Shown here: positions 59,846 to 64,000 of the stretch, piece after piece
Numbering within the stretch: position 1 is the first letter of the stretch
Layout: the number at the start of each line of letters is the position of its first letter
Notes under the pieces: generated by a model
The model's database searches: none
Seen by the model: only the letters and a program-made list of their open reading frames with translations
Told to the model about the DNA's origin: nothing
From: an uncultured virus (IMG/VR IMGVR_UViG_3300042453_005981)
Taxonomy: Duplodnaviria; Heunggongvirae; Uroviricota; Caudoviricetes
Direction: 5' to 3' (one strand)
Length of the DNA: 64,000 nucleotides
Virus record (IMG/VR): IMGVR_UViG_3300042453_005981
Position numbers and translations under genes: made by a program

Positions 59846-61384
59846 CTACTCGTTCATTGTCATAAGTTTATTTAAGTTGTACCAACCCATACAATAAAGC
59901 AATGTAGCTTCTTCACCTGTGTGTACTCCAGATGAAGATAATTGTATTAGCGCCACTATAGTGTCAATAACATTCATGTTTATGTTTCTTTGTAAACAAA
60001 ACGCCTCTAACGTTTTCATTAGTTCAAGATTTTTTTCTGGAGTTCCAGCATCAAAAAAACATTGATTGTTTTCAAGCTTCACATAAAATTTATTGTTTTT
60101 AATCGCTTCATGATCAAATATCAGATTGTGTTTCATTTTAGCAATATCATAATACCAATCACCTTTACTATTGCCAAAACCTTCTCTCCAATCAATTAAA
60201 ATAAACCCTTCATTTGTTTTAATAACATTTTCAAAAACCAAATCTCCATGAGCAATGCACTGTTGTGTTGGAAACTTTTCAAATAGTTCGCTTGCGATGT
60301 TTATAAGTTCCGATAAAGGTTTTACTTTTCTAAAGTTTATGTTTTGAATTTCAGAAAAATTGTTTTTTTTGTTTTTATGAAAGTTTTCTATTCTTTTGGA
60401 AGCTTTGTCAATGTAAAAATTTTTGAAAAAATTCAAACTAGTGTGTTTATATTTTTGCCATAAATTGTTTTCACACCAAATTAAAAAATTTTCAAGCAAA
60501 TCTTGTGTTAATATTTTTGATAAAGTAATTCCCTTTACAAAATTGTAGTAAATGAAATTATTTTTTGAATAACATTCAGGAGCACATGAAGATAACACCT
60601 TGCTTCTTTCATAAAGTTTTTTTACTTTTTCTTTATCACTGAAAAATTTAACAATTTTTTCATTAACATAATATGTTTCTTCATTCATTTTTGGCAACAC
60701 GCAAATCTCTTGTTTGAATTGTTTTTGCGCACTTCTTAAAGCAATAAAATTACCAATATCTATCCAGTTTTTTGTTTCAACAAAGTCAATGTTCATTTGT
60801 TGAAGAATGTGTGCGTCAGATAAATTTTGTGTTTTATTTTTATTCAATTCTTTTATTGTTAATTCTTTAAATAAATCTATATTTTCAATATAAGCCACAC
60901 CTGTATAGCAAAATTCTCCCTCTTTGGCAGGCGTATCTTCGATTTTTTTTGATTCATCATTCAATTCGCTTATTTTTCTATATTGGTTGCTTACAAATGT
61001 TTTTGAAAAAACGGCAAAATCATTACTTTTATGAGGCACATTTGAAATATAAGTATCACAAGCATTGTAATAAAAAGGTTTATCAATCACGTCGAATGTG
61101 CATGATAAAGAGTAAAGCAATGAAGATTGTGTGCTTTCATAGTCATCTACTTCAACAAATTCTATATTTAAATCAGAGTGGTTAATCTCAATATAATCTT
61201 TAACTTGCTCTTTTAAATACCCTAAAGTTATAATAAATTTTGAAGCTCCTGGATAACTATCAAATATGTGCGAAATTATAGCTTTATCGCCAAGTTTGAT
61301 CAAAGCTTTGTTTAGGAAATCAGTAATTGGCTTCAATCTTGAACCAGTTCCTGAGCAAGTAATTACCACGTCAAAATTTTTCAT
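59846..61384 (-). CDS. NTP-transferase / APH-choline-kinase-like phosphotransferase fusion
   Basis: SGTGSRL..NKAL, ACD, WIDIG; AHGDL.FEN, LIDWR, YYDIAK. Confidence 0.8.
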   Translation of the reverse strand: MKNFDVVITCSGTGSRLKPITDFLNKALIKLGDKAIISHIFDSYPGASKFIITLGYLKEQVKDYIEINHSDLNIEFVEVDDYESTQSSLLYSLSCTFDVIDKPFYYNACDTYISNVPHKSNDFAVFSKTFVSNQYRKISELNDESKKIEDTPAKEGEFCYTGVAYIENIDLFKELTIKELNKNKTQNLSDAHILQQMNIDFVETKNWIDIGNFIALRSAQKQFKQEICVLPKMNEETYYVNEKIVKFFSDKEKVKKLYERSKVLSSCAPECYSKNNFIYYNFVKGITLSKILTQDLLENFLIWCENNLWQKYKHTSLNFFKNFYIDKASKRIENFHKNKKNNFSEIQNINFRKVKPLSELINIASELFEKFPTQQCIAHGDLVFENVIKTNEGFILIDWREGFGNSKGDWYYDIAKMKHNLIFDHEAIKNNKFYVKLENNQCFFDAGTPEKNLELMKTLEAFCLQRNINMNVIDTIVALIQLSSSGVHTGEEATLLYCMGWYNLNKLMTMNE

Positions 61385-61424
61385 TCATGCATATTATACA
61401 TAAACTTCGATGTACAATAAAATA

Positions 61425-62099
61425 ATGATTGTAATTTGCACTCATAAAAGTCCAGATATTTTAGAAAGATTTTTATCTTCAATCAAAAACCATCAAACTG
61501 AAAATCATAAAATTTTGATTGTAGAAACATCTGATAGCCAAGATTCTAAAGTTTTATCTGAAAAGTATCAATGCTTATTTTCAAATACAAATTTGAAATA
61601 TGAAATTGGCGCTTATGTGCATGCAATTAATTTATATCCTGATGAAGATGAATATTTTTTATTTCAAGACTCATTAGAAATAGTCAATGATAATTGGGAA
61701 GATAATTTCAGGAAATTGTCTCAAGGAGAAAAGCTTGTCACATTGTGTGGATATTTTTTAAAAGATGATCCATGCCCTGGGTGCGGAGTTGAAGAATTTG
61801 AGTCGTTATTTAATTGTAAGTTTCCAACCGAAGAAGGCTATGCAGTGATGACGAATAGCTTTTATATTACACAATCTGCAAAACAAAAACTTAAAAATTT
61901 TGGTATTGATAGGTTATTTGCTCATGAAAAAAACGACACTTATAAAACAGAAAGAATTTTAGGAGCAATGGCACACTATACTTGTGGTATAGCAGATTTA
62001 TCAGAACTTTTAGGAAATTATATTTGGCAAGTAGATCAGTTTTTGCCTGGTTTTGGTTTTACAAAATTTATTTTAAAACATATCAGAAAAAGACAATGA
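61425..62099 (+). CDS. putative GT2-like glycosyltransferase
   Basis: IVICTH, ILIVET, YEIGAY, FLFQDS, ERILG; GTACAAT 6 nt upstream. Confidence 0.55.
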   Translation: MIVICTHKSPDILERFLSSIKNHQTENHKILIVETSDSQDSKVLSEKYQCLFSNTNLKYEIGAYVHAINLYPDEDEYFLFQDSLEIVNDNWEDNFRKLSQGEKLVTLCGYFLKDDPCPGCGVEEFESLFNCKFPTEEGYAVMTNSFYITQSAKQKLKNFGIDRLFAHEKNDTYKTERILGAMAHYTCGIADLSELLGNYIWQVDQFLPGFGFTKFILKHIRKRQ

Positions 62100-63235
62100 A
62101 AAATATAATCACAAGAAAAAATTGTTTAATTGATCAAAATGAAAATTTAGAAAATCTTCATGTATTTAAGAATGTTCCTGTCTTCATGGGTTGCGTAGAC
62201 ACTTGTCCAGAAGATGACCTTAAACATGACATGATTTGGCAAATTGACAAAACTACAGGCTTTATACAATTGAAAGAATTAATTCCACTTGACATTCTGT
62301 ATCCAGAAGCTCACAATGCAGGAGCTATAGGCAAAATATGGTCTGAACATCATCGCGCTTTTGCTAATTTTATCAGAAAAACAAATCCAAACCAAGTTTT
62401 GGAAATTGGTGGATCTCATGGAATTTTATATGAGAAATATTGTTCTGAAAAAACAATACCTTGGACAATTATAGATTTGAACCCTATTCCGATAGATAAT
62501 TGTAAAGCTGTTTTCAAAAAAGATATTTTTGATGAAAATTTCGAATATGATGAAGATTTTGATTGTTTAATTCATAGTCATTTTTATGAACACATTTATG
62601 AACCAATGGCAATCATGAAAAAAATGGCATCTTTGATTAAAAAAGATAAAAAAATGATTTTTTCAGTACCAAACATGCAAAAAATGCTAGAAAAAAAATA
62701 TAGTAATTGTTTAAATTTTGAACACACTTTCTTTTTGTCAGAACCTTACACCGAATATTTATTATCATTATTTAATTTGAAAATATTAGAAAAAGAATAT
62801 TTTTTAGAAGATCATAGCATTTTTTATTGCGTACAGCATGATGAAAACTATGATATAATAGAATTGCCTAATGATTTGTATACTCACAATAAGAATGTTT
62901 TTGAAAGTTATGTTAACTATTACCAATCACTCATAATTGATATAAATGAAAAAATTAAAAATTGTGGTCCAGAAAGCATATTTTTATTCGGTGCACATAT
63001 TTTTTCACAAAACTTAATAATGTTTGGTCTCGATGTTTCAAAGATTCGCTGTATTATAGATAACGATGTAGCAAAGCAAGGCAAGAGGTTATATGGCACT
63101 CCTTTTGAAGTTTGCTCTCCAAATATTTTAAAAGATATTGAGAAACCTATAATAGTTTTGAAGGCTGGAGTATATAACGAAGAAATTAAAAACCAAATAA
63201 ATGATCTTAACTCTGAAACACTTTTTTATGAATGA
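62096..63235 (+). CDS. class I SAM-dependent (sugar C-) methyltransferase
   Basis: LEIGGSHG, SHFYEH, SVPN, FEH, FGA, IDND..KQG..LYGT. Confidence 0.8.
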   Translation: MKNIITRKNCLIDQNENLENLHVFKNVPVFMGCVDTCPEDDLKHDMIWQIDKTTGFIQLKELIPLDILYPEAHNAGAIGKIWSEHHRAFANFIRKTNPNQVLEIGGSHGILYEKYCSEKTIPWTIIDLNPIPIDNCKAVFKKDIFDENFEYDEDFDCLIHSHFYEHIYEPMAIMKKMASLIKKDKKMIFSVPNMQKMLEKKYSNCLNFEHTFFLSEPYTEYLLSLFNLKILEKEYFLEDHSIFYCVQHDENYDIIELPNDLYTHNKNVFESYVNYYQSLIIDINEKIKNCGPESIFLFGAHIFSQNLIMFGLDVSKIRCIIDNDVAKQGKRLYGTPFEVCSPNILKDIEKPIIVLKAGVYNEEIKNQINDLNSETLFYE

Positions 63236-63937
63236 TTAGACTCTACCAAATTGATCTTCATATCTTGTTATGTCATCTTCAGAGAATTTCTCTCCAGTTT
63301 GAATTTCAATAAAAATCAAATCTGTGTCTCCAGTGTTAACTACTCTATGTTTTTCATTTTTTTTGACCTGACACACAGATCCTTTTTCAATTGGATGTTG
63401 ATTATCTTCAAGAACAAAGATGCCATTCCCCTCAATAATTAACCATAACTCATCACGATGCTGATGAGATTGTAAACTTGATGCTTTTCCTGGCAACACT
63501 TTTATTTCTTTCACGTGATATTTTTTATTATAAGCTAGAGTGGAAAAATTACCCCAAGGTCTTTCTTCACAAGGCTTGATTATTTTTTCAATTTCATCTT
63601 CAGTGATTCCATTTCTATTGGGAGTAAAACTGAAGGCTGTTTTCATGTTTGAGTTGGGCTTAAGATCATTAACAACAATTCTTTCACCTCTTCCGCAACC
63701 CATTACTAATTCATCATAAAATATATTTAACTTTCTTAATTGATCTTCGGTTTGTTTTCTTGTTGAATTTCTTCTACCTGTCGTTAATACAATTTTAGCC
63801 CCGTTTTTTTCAATAGTATCTAAAAACTGCCTTGTCATCGTAATCATTGATAAATTCTGGTCTGAAAGCTGTGCTCTAAGAGAACCATAATGCACCAATA
63901 GCACCCCATCTATGTCAAGAAAGTAAGTTTGTGTCAT
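63236..63937 (-). CDS. HAD-like phosphatase / type II mannose-6-phosphate isomerase cupin fusion
   Basis: FLDIDG, TTGR, VND; RPWG.F, SLQSH.HRDE.W, EIQTG..EDDI.RYED..GR. Confidence 0.85.
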   Translation of the reverse strand: MTQTYFLDIDGVLLVHYGSLRAQLSDQNLSMITMTRQFLDTIEKNGAKIVLTTGRRNSTRKQTEDQLRKLNIFYDELVMGCGRGERIVVNDLKPNSNMKTAFSFTPNRNGITEDEIEKIIKPCEERPWGNFSTLAYNKKYHVKEIKVLPGKASSLQSHQHRDELWLIIEGNGIFVLEDNQHPIEKGSVCQVKKNEKHRVVNTGDTDLIFIEIQTGEKFSEDDITRYEDQFGRV

Positions 63938-63943
63938 ATAATT

Positions 63944-63953
63944 GTTGTACAAC
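63944..63953. promoter_or_regulatory. palindromic bidirectional -10 element
   Basis: GTTGTACAAC; ATG 63937(-) and ATG 63960(+) both 11.5 nt from centre. Confidence 0.75.
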
Positions 63954-63959
63954 TAATAG

Positions 63960-64000
63960 ATGCTTTGGGATTTAGCAATTAAAAACATTTGTAAAGAATC
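63960..64000 (+). CDS. 5' end of a gene running off the window (MLWDLAIKNICKE...)
   Basis: ATG symmetric to palindrome, frame open to window end. Confidence 0.5.
   Translation, partial: MLWDLAIKNICKE

Overview
AT-rich, very gene-dense window read as part of a large (jumbo) tailed bacteriophage genome using the standard bacterial code. It holds (i) a broad protein quality-control set: subtilisin, trypsin-like protease, DnaJ, lid-truncated DnaK, a second J-domain protein, ClpX, ClpS and GroEL; (ii) nucleic-acid enzymes: SF2 helicase, RNase HII, PIN-PhoH, Ogg-type glycosylase and a macro domain; (iii) virion and tail-fibre genes, including a 2636-aa fibre with a 156-bp tandem repeat, LamG proteins and a structural protein with an inserted Hint domain that lacks the +1 nucleophile needed for canonical splicing; (iv) a ~16-kb glycan biosynthesis cluster (Gmd, Fcl, GT10, RfbH-like, TylF and others). 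The strongest signal read directly from the DNA is the promoter architecture. Many genes look leaderless and fall into two non-overlapping upstream classes: G-TAYAAT-N6-8-start before metabolic genes, and AGG at -33 to -35 plus an AT-rich box before structural or unknown genes. Four divergent gene pairs share a single palindromic TTGTACAA box with the two start codons placed exactly symmetrically. All product calls come from motif recognition by eye; no database searches were run.
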